32,000 bases of DNA. Source: Synechocystis sp. PCC 6803 substr. PCC-P (GTDB lineage: Bacteria > Cyanobacteriota > Cyanobacteriia > Cyanobacteriales > Microcystaceae). Position numbers and translations under genes: made by a program. The stretch lies in NCBI RefSeq assembly GCF_000284455.1, contig NC_017039.1, forward strand, positions 2,730,001 through 2,762,000. Direction: 5' to 3'. Positions 18,854 through 28,516 of this stretch are shown here, one piece after another. The notes beneath the pieces were generated by a model that searched no databases, was not told where the DNA came from, and saw nothing but the letters and a program-made list of their open reading frames with translations. Position 1 is the first letter of the stretch, and every line of letters starts with the position of its first letter.

Positions 18854-21800
18854 ATGAAAAGTGCTTTTTTAGACCGTATCCACAGTCCCGATCGCCCGGT
18901 ATTAGTCTTTGACGGGGCTATGGGTACAAACCTGCAGGTACAGAACCTAACGGCGGCGGATTTTGGTGGGGCGGAATACGAAGGTTGCAATGAATATTTA
19001 GTCCATACCAAGCCAGAGGCCGTGGCTACGGTGCATCGTGCTTTTTACGAAGCGGGGGCCGATGTCGTGGAAACGGATACTTTTGGGGGAACGCCCCTGG
19101 TGCTGGCGGAGTACGATTTAGCAGACCAAAGTTATTACTTAAATAAAGCAGCGGCGGAGTTGGCCAAGGCGGTAGCAGCGGAATTTTCTACCCCAGAAAA
19201 GCCTCGATTCGTGGCCGGCTCCATGGGACCAGGCACCAAGCTACCCACCCTAGGTCATGTGGACTACGATAGTCTCAAGGATGCCTATGTGGTTCAGGTG
19301 CGGGGTTTATACGATGGCGGAGTGGATTTATTGCTAGTGGAAACCTGCCAGGATGTGCTGCAAATTAAAGCGGCCTTGAACGCCATTGAACAGGTCTTTG
19401 CCGAAAAAGGCGATCGCCTACCGTTGATGGTGTCAGTAACCATGGAAACCATGGGGACCATGCTGGTGGGTACGGAGATGGCGGCGGCCCTGGCCATTTT
19501 GGAGCCCTATCCCATCGATATTTTGGGGCTAAACTGCGCCACCGGGCCAGATTTGATGAAGGAACACGTTAAATATCTTTCCGAACATTCCCCCTTTGTG
19601 GTGTCCTGTATTCCCAATGCTGGTTTGCCAGAAAACGTTGGCGGTCAAGCTTTTTATCGCCTCACCCCGATGGAACTGCAAATGTCCCTGATGCACTTCA
19701 TCGAAGACCTGGGAGTACAGGTAATTGGTGGTTGTTGTGGCACTAGACCCGATCACATCAAGGCCCTGGCGGATATTGCCAAGGATCTCCAGCCCAAACA
19801 ACGCCAACCTCACTACGAACCCAGCGCCGCTTCCATTTATTCCACCCAAACCTACGCCCAAGAAAATTCTTTTTTAATCATTGGCGAACGGCTCAATGCC
19901 AGTGGCTCGAAAAAATGTCGAGATCTGCTCAATGCTGAAGATTGGGACAGCCTAGTTTCCCTGGCTAAATCCCAAGTCAAGGAAGGAGCCCAAATCCTTG
20001 ACGTCAACGTGGATTACGTTGGTCGAGATGGGGTAAGGGACATGAAAGAATTAGCTTCCCGACTAGTCAATAATGTCACCCTGCCGTTGATGTTGGACTC
20101 CACCGAATGGCAAAAAATGGAGGCGGGTTTAAAAGTTGCAGGGGGAAAATGTATTCTCAATTCCACCAACTACGAAGACGGGGAAGAACGGTTTTATAAA
20201 GTGTTAGAAATTGCCAAAGAATATGGAGCTGGTATTGTCATTGGCACCATCGATGAAGATGGCATGGGACGCACTGCAGATAAAAAATTTGAGATTGCCA
20301 AACGGGCCTACGAAGCGGCGATCGCCTTTGGCATTCCGGCCACAGAAATTTTCTTTGATCCTTTAGCTCTGCCTATTTCCACCGGCATTGAAGAAGACAG
20401 GGAGAACGGTAAAGCCACCGTGGATGCTATCCGCAGAATTCGCCAGGAATTGCCCGATTGTCATATTTTGTTGGGGGTTTCTAACGTTTCCTTTGGCTTG
20501 AATCCCGCCGCTCGCCAGGTACTCAATTCCATCTTTCTCCACGAATGTATGCAGGTGGGCATGGATGCGGCCATTGTCAGTGCCAATAAGATTTTACCCC
20601 TGGCAAAAATTGACCCAGAACAACAACAAGTCTGTCTAGATTTAATCTATGACCGCCGGGAATTTGAAGGAGAGCGCTGTACATATGACCCGTTAACCAA
20701 ACTCACCACTTTATTTGAAGGTAAAACCACCAAACGGGATAAATCCGGTGATGCCAATTTACCGGTGGAAGAAAGATTAAAACGCCACATCATTGATGGG
20801 GAAAGATTGGGCTTAGAAGAGGCCCTCAATGAAGCTTTAAAACTTTACGCTCCCTTAGATATCATTAACATCTATTTGTTGGATGGCATGAAAGTGGTGG
20901 GGGAACTATTTGGTTCCGGGCAAATGCAGTTGCCCTTTGTGTTGCAGTCGGCCCAAACCATGAAAGCGGCGGTGGCTTTTTTAGAACCCCATATGGATAA
21001 GGATGATTCCGCCGACAATGCTAAGGGTACTTTTTTAATTGCCACTGTTAAGGGGGATGTCCATGATATTGGCAAAAACTTAGTGGATATTATCCTTTCC
21101 AACAATGGCTATCGAGTGGTCAACCTAGGCATTAAACAGCCAGTGGAAAATATTATCGAAGCCTACAAAAAACACAGGCCCGATTGCATTGCCATGAGTG
21201 GTTTGTTGGTCAAATCAACTGCTTTTATGAAGGAAAATTTAGAAGTTTTCAACCAAGAGGGCATTACTGTTCCCGTCATTCTTGGTGGTGCTGCTTTAAC
21301 GCCTAAATTTGTTCACCAGGACTGCCAAAATACCTACAAAGGCCAAGTAATTTACGGCAAAGATGCGTTCGCCGATTTACATTTCATGGATAAGCTAATG
21401 CCCGCTAAAAATAGCCACAATTGGGATGATTTCCAGGGCTTTTTAGGGGAATATGCAACGGAAAATGGCCATAATGTGACCACTGATGATGGTGCTAAAA
21501 CTAATTTTGGCATTGAAGAAGAAAAATTAATTGACGCTAGTGAGCAGTCTAGGGAGCCGGAGGTAATTGATACTGTTCGTTCTGAAGCGGTGGACCCTGA
21601 TCTAGAAAGACCTGTGCCACCTTTTTGGGGCACTAAAATTTTGCAATCCAGTGATATTTCCCTCGATGAAGTCTTCCCTTTACTGGATTTACAAGCATTA
21701 TTTGTTGGTCAGTGGCAGTTTCGCAAACCTAGGGAGCAATCCAGGGAAGAATACGAGCAATTCCTAGCGGAAAAAGTTCATCCCATTTTGGCTGAGTGGA

Positions 21801-22441
21801 AAGGTAAGGTCATGGCAGAAAATTTACTCCATCCTACGGTGGTTTATGGTTATTTTCCCTGTCAATCCCAGGGCAATACCTTGTTAATTTATGACCCAGA
21901 ATTGGTCAGCCAAAATAATGGCCAAATTCCCCCAGACGCAACGGCGATCGCCAAATTTGAGTTTCCCCGGCAAAAATCAGGGCGGCGGCTCTGTATTGCG
22001 GACTTTTTTGCTTCAAAAGAATCGGGGATTACTGATGTTTTTCCTTTGCAAGCGGTTACAGTGGGGGAAATCGCGACGGAATATGCAAGGAAACTTTTTG
22101 CTGGCGATAATTACACCGATTACCTCTACTTCCACGGCATGGCGGTGCAGATGGCGGAAGCTTTAGCGGAGTGGACTCACCAACGGATACGTCAGGAATT
22201 GGGCTTTGGCCATTTAGATCCAGATAACATCCGTGATCTTCTCCAGCAACGTTACCAAGGTTCCCGCTACAGTTTTGGTTATCCCGCTTGTCCCAACATG
22301 CAGGATCAATACACACAATTAGAATTGTTACAAACCGAACGAATTGGCTTGTATATGGATGAAAGTGAACAGGTTTATCCAGAACAATCCACCACGGCGA
22401 TTATTTCCTATCATCCTGCGGCTAAATATTTCAGCGCTTAA
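18854..22441 (+). CDS. metH: Cobalamin-dependent methionine synthase (1195 aa)
   Basis: Homocysteine-binding ([21 protein letters not shown]), pterin-binding ([13 protein letters not shown]), B12 ([19 protein letters not shown]), AdoMet activation domain ([51 protein letters not shown]...[10 protein letters not shown]). Confidence 0.97.
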
Positions 22442-22468
22442 AATTCCCATACTCTCTTATTTGACGCT

Positions 22469-22678
22469 ATGCCTAAGAAAATTAGGGAATTAAAAACGAT
22501 GCTTTTTCAATCAGGTTTTACCTGTAAATCGGGCAAGGGGAGTCATACAAAATGGGATCATCCCCTACTGGATGGAATAGTCACACTTTCTGGTAAAGAT
22601 GGCAGTGATGCTAAGTTTTATCAAGAAAAGGATGTTTTACAAGCTATTCAAATTGTTAAACAAAAAGGAGGAAATTGA
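22469..22678 (+). CDS. hicA: HicA-like mRNA interferase toxin (second copy in window)
   Basis: MPKKIRELKTMLFQSGFTCKSGKGSHTKWDHPLLDGIVTLSGKDGSDAKFYQEKDVLQAIQIVKQKGGN; clear homologue of the 6746-6961 ORF. Confidence 0.82.
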   Translation: MPKKIRELKTMLFQSGFTCKSGKGSHTKWDHPLLDGIVTLSGKDGSDAKFYQEKDVLQAIQIVKQKGGN

Positions 22679-22914
22679 TGATGGAAAATGTTCAAAACCA
22701 TTATTCTTTAATTATTCAATGGTCAGATCTTGACAACTGCTTTGTGGTCAGTTTACCTGAATGGGGTGATTTTTGTCACACCCATGGGGATACCTATGAG
22801 GAGGCTTTCCAACAAGGGAAGGAGTTGTTGGATTTTTTAATTGAAACTACGCTAGAGGAAGGGAATATTTTGCCTATTCCCCAATTTTTTCAACAATCAT
22901 TAGTTACGACTTAA
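22678..22914 (+). CDS. hicB: HicB-like antitoxin (second copy in window)
   Basis: MMENVQNHYSLIIQWSDLDNCFVVSLPEWGDFCHTHGDTYEEAFQQGKELLDFLIETTLEEG; ATG overlaps the hicA TGA (TGATG), translational-coupling arrangement. Confidence 0.78.
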   Translation: MMENVQNHYSLIIQWSDLDNCFVVSLPEWGDFCHTHGDTYEEAFQQGKELLDFLIETTLEEGNILPIPQFFQQSLVTT

Positions 22915-23009
22915 GTTAAGGCAAGTAAAATTAAGACATAGATTAAAAAAACACAAATAATTTTATAAAGATGATTGATTCTTCATACCCACGTGTATAG
23001 CAATGCTAT

Positions 23010-23259
23010 TTAATTTTTCAAGCTTAAATAATTTTGAGCAGCGTGTTCTGCCTCTGTTATGCCCAGAGGTAAAATATTGACAGACGTTAAAATGCTGGCA
23101 ATTGCTTGTTCAATTTTTAATGCACGTTGGGGATTTAGGGCTAAGCCATATTGTTGAAACGGCAATCTCGATTGGTGGGGTTTGTTTGAGTTTGGTCGTT
23201 GTTCCCGACTCTCCCTTGATAAAGTCACTAATCACATAGGTATCAAGCAGGTAACGCAT
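23010..23259 (-). pseudogene. Decayed PIN-domain (VapC-like) toxin
   Basis: ATG at 23259 opens MRYLLDTYVISDFIKGESGTTTKLKQTPPIEIAVSTI (PIN start) then runs out of frame to a stop at 23110; the homologous continuation YGLALNPQRALKIEQAIASILTSVNILPLGITEAEHAAQNYLSLKN* is in another frame (ORF track 23010-23228). The central catalytic segment and the C-terminal third are missing. Confidence 0.75.
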
Positions 23260-23501
23260 TAGAATAACTCTGGTTCACAGGGAGAGAGAAGCTCATCTCG
23301 ATACGACTCAAATTCAGGGAAATTCGGAAAACCTTCGTAAGATATAACGACTTCTGTCCATTGGGAAGTGGAAACGGTAGGCATTTCAATCATTTGGCGT
23401 AAGGCTTTCAAAATGATGGTTTGTAGGGGAACATTCGCTGTTTTTGCTTGACGAAGTAAATCTTGTTCAATATCTGGCGGTAGATTGATTGTAATTTGCA
23501 T
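23259..23501 (-). CDS. VapB-like antitoxin of a PIN-toxin module
   Basis: MQITINLPPDIEQDLLRQAKTANVPLQTIILKALRQMIEMP...; ribbon-helix-helix-like N-terminus, 1-nt overlap (TAATG) with the decayed PIN ORF. Confidence 0.65.
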   Translation of the reverse strand: MQITINLPPDIEQDLLRQAKTANVPLQTIILKALRQMIEMPTVSTSQWTEVVISYEGFPNFPEFESYRDELLSPCEPELF

Positions 23502-23530
23502 TCTCTTTTCCCTCGGAGGTTAACCATTTA

Positions 23531-26500
23531 TTAATTTTTGGGCATCGCTTGTTGTTCAATCTTTGAAGGGGAACCATTTAAACTATCCTTTAGCACATCG
23601 TTAAATATACCATTAAAAAAAATACCAACTACTGTTGCAATAACTCCAATTATTCCAATCACTCCAAACAGAATCTCCCAATTAAATCTTTTTTGTTTCT
23701 CTGGACTAGAACAAGTCACGTTATTACTTGTTACACCACTTGTACCGACCGGAGCATTAATTGTTGAATCTGAAATATTGTTGATAATTTTGGGCTCATC
23801 TTCCATTTTTTCTGTCCTCTTATCTATGGTACTAAGTTGATTAGATAAATCTAAATTAGAAGGCTCTGGAATAATTAAAAATTCAAGAAGTTTATCTGGT
23901 TTAAAAGGTCGCCAAGTTTCACGGCGCATATTTTGTTGTGCATAAGTTAGCGTTTCTTTTAACCAAGGGAGATGGGGAAGCTCCTGGATAAGACGCTCAA
24001 GTTCAGCACAGGCTTCGATGGTCCCTTTGTCTCTTAATTGTGATAAAGAGTTATTCCTAAAAAATGCAATATTATCTCTAGGGCTAACTATATAAGCCAT
24101 TACTTCGTTTCGATGATCCGGATCTTCATAATGAGGATACTGCCACACTAACCAGGCATATAAATCTGCAATTTGTTTTTCAGTCAAGTCAAACTTGATT
24201 CCACTTAAATTACAAGAAGCGGCTAATTCAAATGCCTCGCGTCCAAACTGTACATCTGCCGTAATTTTTTCCCATATTACATTCCAGCTATCTGGATCTG
24301 AATAAGTGATAAGTGCTTTAATGGCGAACAATGCTTTTTGCCGTTCACTATCAAATTCACTATTAGTATAATTTCGTATTGTGGATAAAGCGATATCTTT
24401 GGCTTGAACAGCTCCTTGCTCAATAAGTTTTTCTAATAGCTTTCTAAATACGTTAGGCTTTAATTGAGAATCTTTTACTTTTTCTGTCAAGTTATTTTCT
24501 AATTTTTCATCCCAACACATCTCTAAGCGATCAATCACAAAAATATTATTATCTTGATTTTCTTTGTCAATCAATTTTAAAAGCGTTGTCAAAAATTCAT
24601 CTGGAGAATGGTGATATGAGAGGCTGACTAATTTTCGGCAATTTTTTCTTGGATTTGAGTCAATAAAACTATTAGGAACTGACAGGATTATGGGTGTCCA
24701 TCTTTTCCATATATCCGTTGAAAAATTGTCTAAAGTTCTTGGAGCTTCCGTCAAGATTAACTGTAATGCCTTGCAACCATACAATTCGGAAAAATTATAT
24801 GTATTTGTTCCTATCCAGCTATAATCTATATTTGTTTGCTGTTGAATATATTGAATTGCCCCCTGAATAATTCTTTTTTTTGTTGCTTGCTCTGCTTCTT
24901 TCCATCCCGGAAGCTGAGTCAGATCTAATTTTAAGTTATGACCATAACGTTTGCTTTGTGGCAGTAAAGTCATTTCTCGATTTAGTCGCCACCATGCGGA
25001 TAAATCTCCCGATTCTAACTGCTCTAAACAGTCAATAACTCTTTCTTTTGGTGGAGGATCTAGCAAGTCCGGCTTATTCCAGGAATTTTTCATTTTAAGA
25101 TAATGATCACGTAATTGAGTCACTTCTTCTGAGTCCAACTCAATAGGAGTAAAGTAATAACTAAAAACGTCACTAAGAATAGAGTTGTTTTGAGTGGCTT
25201 TAATAATTTCACTTATCTGCTTTGTATCTCGACGATCAAATACTTCCTCGATTATTTTAGCCCACGCTCTTTGAATTTTTTCATGGTTGGAATCTTGGAG
25301 TTTTTCTAGCATCCAATCAACATCATTGGAGCTTATAATTGGTTCTGTCATTGAGCTTGTTAAAAAATAAAAATCTTCATCTTCATCTTTTTCTGCAATG
25401 CTTTCAACTAAATTTTCAATAAGAGCATAACGCTTTTGATTGTTTCCCAAAAGTGATTCTTGAAATTGGGCTTGTAAACTCGGAGAATGACTAATGAGTT
25501 TCTGATGCTCTTTCCATTGTAATAATGCTACTTGCGTAAAACCCTCCAGTACTCCAGGAACGTTAACGTGTTCCCATGCTTTTAGCAGAATTGCATCTCC
25601 TAGTTCTTCAAATGGATGCCCAAAGCATCGCACACCTTGAGTTTTCAGCCAGTCGAGAGCAATAACTAAATCTTCGGAATCAAGTTGTGGAACTAACTCA
25701 GACTCAAGAAAATATCGATGCATTCCAAGCAAATTTATCCTTTTCGATGGAGTGAGCGCCTGAAATAATTCTTCGGCTGTTAGTTGCCTTGGCCAGAGTG
25801 CTTTCAACGCATAGGCTTTTAGTTCATCTTGCTCATCTTCCGGTAAAACATTGAGTGCAAGGGACTTTAGCTTTAATCTTGTAGATTGATCACCTATTGA
25901 ACTAATAGCACGGGCGGCATTAACTCTTATACTTATTGGCTGTGATGGACAAAGAGTTAGCTTTGCTAAGTCACCTTGAAGCTCAGAGAGATTACACTCT
26001 ATGGCAATATCAATTGCTATCCTTCGTGTATCCTCTTTCTTGCTGGAATCACAAATATAAACTTTCAACTGCTCAGCTAGCCCAGAATGTTTTAATTTTG
26101 CGTAATTACGAACGTTGCAAAATCCTCGATCAAATAATTTTTCTTCCTCATATTGCATTAATAAATTAGCAACAATTGTCGCTCGAAGCTCTGAATCAGT
26201 AGGTATATCGGTTTGCAAAAGAACGTCAGGATCAGTTTTAATTATCTCTTGAAACACATTATCCCTCATGGAAGCTAACCAAACTGCTGTTTCATGAAGT
26301 TGTGGAATAAGCTTAGGAGTGGAATCAGCAGATGAATACAACAATGTCTTAATCTTTGATAAGTCAATGTTTCGTTGCGTCAAATACCAAGCCGCAAAAA
26401 ACTCAGCATAGGTTTGGTGTGCCCATCCCATTCGATGCAATCCACGAGATGAAAATAAACCAGTATCTAAAACTTCTTGAATTACTTCTTGAGTAATCTC

Positions 26501-27490
26501 AAATTCTCTTCCATTTGATTCTTCATAACCGAAACATAACTTTTGACGAGGAACATCTTCAGCCGGAACTTGTCCCTGTTCGACATCAATCCACACAGCA
26601 AATCGATTAGCAAAGATCGTAACGGCGGCAATTCGAGCTGCCACAATCAGTCGTTGATCAATATCTAAATTGCCTGTCTCCTTTAAGGCATGACGACATT
26701 TACTTACTTCTTCGCAAAGACACTTGCATCCTTCAAGATAAGATTCATAACGTTTCTGTTCTGGAGGAAATTGGCTGTTATGACGGCGGTATGTATTCAA
26801 TAAAAATCCTAGAGAGATTGGTTTAATCGCTAGGGGTACAATATCCCTTTGGTTAATCGCTTTCAGAAAGTCATCGGAAGAAAAACCTTCAGCTTCCACA
26901 GCGTTGATTACGTCTATACGGCGAAGTGGAGCTAGTTCATAAATTGCAAAGTTACTTTCTTCCCAAAGAGCTTTTAGAGCTTCTTCTAAAATGGATGGAA
27001 ACGCCAAAGTTCGACAAGTTAAACGGAGATGAAGACGATTAATATGACTTCGATATTTAGGTTTCTTAAACTCATCAACCAATCCTATCGCCAAGGATTT
27101 GACGTTCAAGAGTCCTTCATCAAGACTGTCCAAAAACAAATGGAGGTGATAATGACCCTCTAACCAGTCGGAAAAAGTTTTATCCCTAAACAAATCCTCT
27201 TTTAAATTAGTAAAGGTTCGAAGATTCAAGCCCAGGACTTTACTATATTCGCAGATTGTTTCTTCGGTAAATCGTTGTAGCTTTTCTAGTTCGTGGGTTT
27301 TGCCAACGCCAGGCTCCCCCAATAAAACAAGGCAAGGAATCTCAGCAATATCTTCTAAACTCACCAGATCTGGGTTACATGCTTTGCCCCATTTTGTATT
27401 TGGATCGTCTAAGTAACCGCCATCTCTCAGACTTATGTTACCTGAGCGAGGACACCAGAACCGCTTCCAATTATAGTTTTGTTGCGACAT
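23531..27490 (-). CDS. Large NACHT/STAND-like NTPase (1319 aa) with repeat-rich middle and C-terminal transmembrane helix; candidate antiviral or conflict protein
   Basis: Walker A LLGEPGVGKT (aa 58-65, nt 27296-27319), Walker B LHLFLDSLDEG (nt ~27116-27142), RLTCRTLAFP sensor-like, WAHQTYAEFFAAWYL (aa 356-370, nt 26381-26425) typical of NACHT winged-helix regions, helical-repeat-like middle, TM-like ILFGVIGIIGVIATVVGIFF near C-terminus (nt ~23615-23674). Confidence 0.85.
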   Translation of the reverse strand: MSQQNYNWKRFWCPRSGNISLRDGGYLDDPNTKWGKACNPDLVSLEDIAEIPCLVLLGEPGVGKTHELEKLQRFTEETICEYSKVLGLNLRTFTNLKEDLFRDKTFSDWLEGHYHLHLFLDSLDEGLLNVKSLAIGLVDEFKKPKYRSHINRLHLRLTCRTLAFPSILEEALKALWEESNFAIYELAPLRRIDVINAVEAEGFSSDDFLKAINQRDIVPLAIKPISLGFLLNTYRRHNSQFPPEQKRYESYLEGCKCLCEEVSKCRHALKETGNLDIDQRLIVAARIAAVTIFANRFAVWIDVEQGQVPAEDVPRQKLCFGYEESNGREFEITQEVIQEVLDTGLFSSRGLHRMGWAHQTYAEFFAAWYLTQRNIDLSKIKTLLYSSADSTPKLIPQLHETAVWLASMRDNVFQEIIKTDPDVLLQTDIPTDSELRATIVANLLMQYEEEKLFDRGFCNVRNYAKLKHSGLAEQLKVYICDSSKKEDTRRIAIDIAIECNLSELQGDLAKLTLCPSQPISIRVNAARAISSIGDQSTRLKLKSLALNVLPEDEQDELKAYALKALWPRQLTAEELFQALTPSKRINLLGMHRYFLESELVPQLDSEDLVIALDWLKTQGVRCFGHPFEELGDAILLKAWEHVNVPGVLEGFTQVALLQWKEHQKLISHSPSLQAQFQESLLGNNQKRYALIENLVESIAEKDEDEDFYFLTSSMTEPIISSNDVDWMLEKLQDSNHEKIQRAWAKIIEEVFDRRDTKQISEIIKATQNNSILSDVFSYYFTPIELDSEEVTQLRDHYLKMKNSWNKPDLLDPPPKERVIDCLEQLESGDLSAWWRLNREMTLLPQSKRYGHNLKLDLTQLPGWKEAEQATKKRIIQGAIQYIQQQTNIDYSWIGTNTYNFSELYGCKALQLILTEAPRTLDNFSTDIWKRWTPIILSVPNSFIDSNPRKNCRKLVSLSYHHSPDEFLTTLLKLIDKENQDNNIFVIDRLEMCWDEKLENNLTEKVKDSQLKPNVFRKLLEKLIEQGAVQAKDIALSTIRNYTNSEFDSERQKALFAIKALITYSDPDSWNVIWEKITADVQFGREAFELAASCNLSGIKFDLTEKQIADLYAWLVWQYPHYEDPDHRNEVMAYIVSPRDNIAFFRNNSLSQLRDKGTIEACAELERLIQELPHLPWLKETLTYAQQNMRRETWRPFKPDKLLEFLIIPEPSNLDLSNQLSTIDKRTEKMEDEPKIINNISDSTINAPVGTSGVTSNNVTCSSPEKQKRFNWEILFGVIGIIGVIATVVGIFFNGIFNDVLKDSLNGSPSKIEQQAMPKN

Positions 27491-27635
27491 GCTCAGCCGA
27501 ACGGGGAAATTTTTTAACTCAAGGATAAATTTCTCTGAAACTCTATTAATTATAATCTATCTGCCCCTAGCATCAGAGATTAAAGCAAGAACACCATTTG
27601 GTTAATGTAGGGAGTCACAGGGCGATCGCCGTTAA

Positions 27636-28208
27636 TCAAAGATCCTTAAAAATTTCATTAACAGTTAACGATAACTGGGGAAACGTAGGGGACTGAATTG
27701 CCATTACCTCTTTAAAATTACCTACTTCCTGATAACAACCGGCTAATAATTCTAAAACCAAGACCGTTTGGGTTTGGGGATCGACAATCCAATATTCAGG
27801 AATGCCACAGGCTTGATATTGTTGACGCTTCGCAATGTAGTCCCGCTCCCGTTGTAATTCCCCCGGACTGACAACTTCCACCACTAGCAAGGGCGGTAAC
27901 ATCGATAACCGAATCGTATTGCGTTTAGCTAATTGGGCAATATGCTCTTCTCGAATAATCGTCAAATCAGGAAAACGGTTTTTGGGTTCGCCGTGAACTT
28001 CTAGTTCTAAACCGTGTCCCCGTACCCGTCGATAACCGACAATTTCAGCAAATTTGAGCAGTAAAAATGTGGCAATTTGAAAGTTTAAACCCGATTCCGT
28101 CGGCACAGCGATTAATTCCCCATTGAATAATTCATAGAGTTGATCAGTATCGTCTTCGTACGCAAGATACTCGTCAAAGCTTTTAAAGCGGGGTTGGAGC
28201 GCTAACAT
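27636..28208 (-). CDS. Uma2-family (DUF820) putative endonuclease, PD-(D/E)XK fold
   Basis: MLALQPRFKSFDEYLAYEDDTDQLYELFNGELIAVPTESGLN...NRFPDLTIIREEH...LLVVEVVSPGELQRERDYIAKRQQYQACGIPEYWIVDPQTQTVLVLEL. Confidence 0.88.
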   Translation of the reverse strand: MLALQPRFKSFDEYLAYEDDTDQLYELFNGELIAVPTESGLNFQIATFLLLKFAEIVGYRRVRGHGLELEVHGEPKNRFPDLTIIREEHIAQLAKRNTIRLSMLPPLLVVEVVSPGELQRERDYIAKRQQYQACGIPEYWIVDPQTQTVLVLELLAGCYQEVGNFKEVMAIQSPTFPQLSLTVNEIFKDL

Positions 28209-28262
28209 AGGCTACCGTTTTCAGAAATAATTAGGCTTTTATTCTAACGATTTAGTAATTTT

Positions 28263-28515
28263 ATGGCGATCGCCAAATTTGAATTTCCCCTGCAAAAGTC
28301 AGGGCGACGGCTTTATATTACGGGCTTCTTTGCCCCAAAAGAGTCGGATATTACCGATGTTTTTCCTTTGCAAGCTTTGACAGTGGGGGAAATAGCAGCG
28401 GAATATGCGAGAGAACTATTTGCTGGCGATAATTACACCGATTGTCTCTACCCAAAATAGTCCGACCAGGGCGATCATGGCCTATCATCCCACTGCCATG
28501 CACTTTAGTACTTAA
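28263..28515 (+). pseudogene. Degenerate remnant/duplicate of the metH 3' end, internally deleted
   Basis: [62 protein letters not shown] matches Met[63 protein letters not shown] (metH nt ~21944-22129); after a stop and frame change it resumes AIMAYHPTAMHFST* matching the MetH C-terminus [14 protein letters not shown]. Confidence 0.85.
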
Positions 28516-28516
28516 C

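Noticed and set aside
22056-22316. 86-aa minus-strand ORF antisense to the metH 3' end
   Set aside because: Antisense shadow of MetH activation domain; no independent support.
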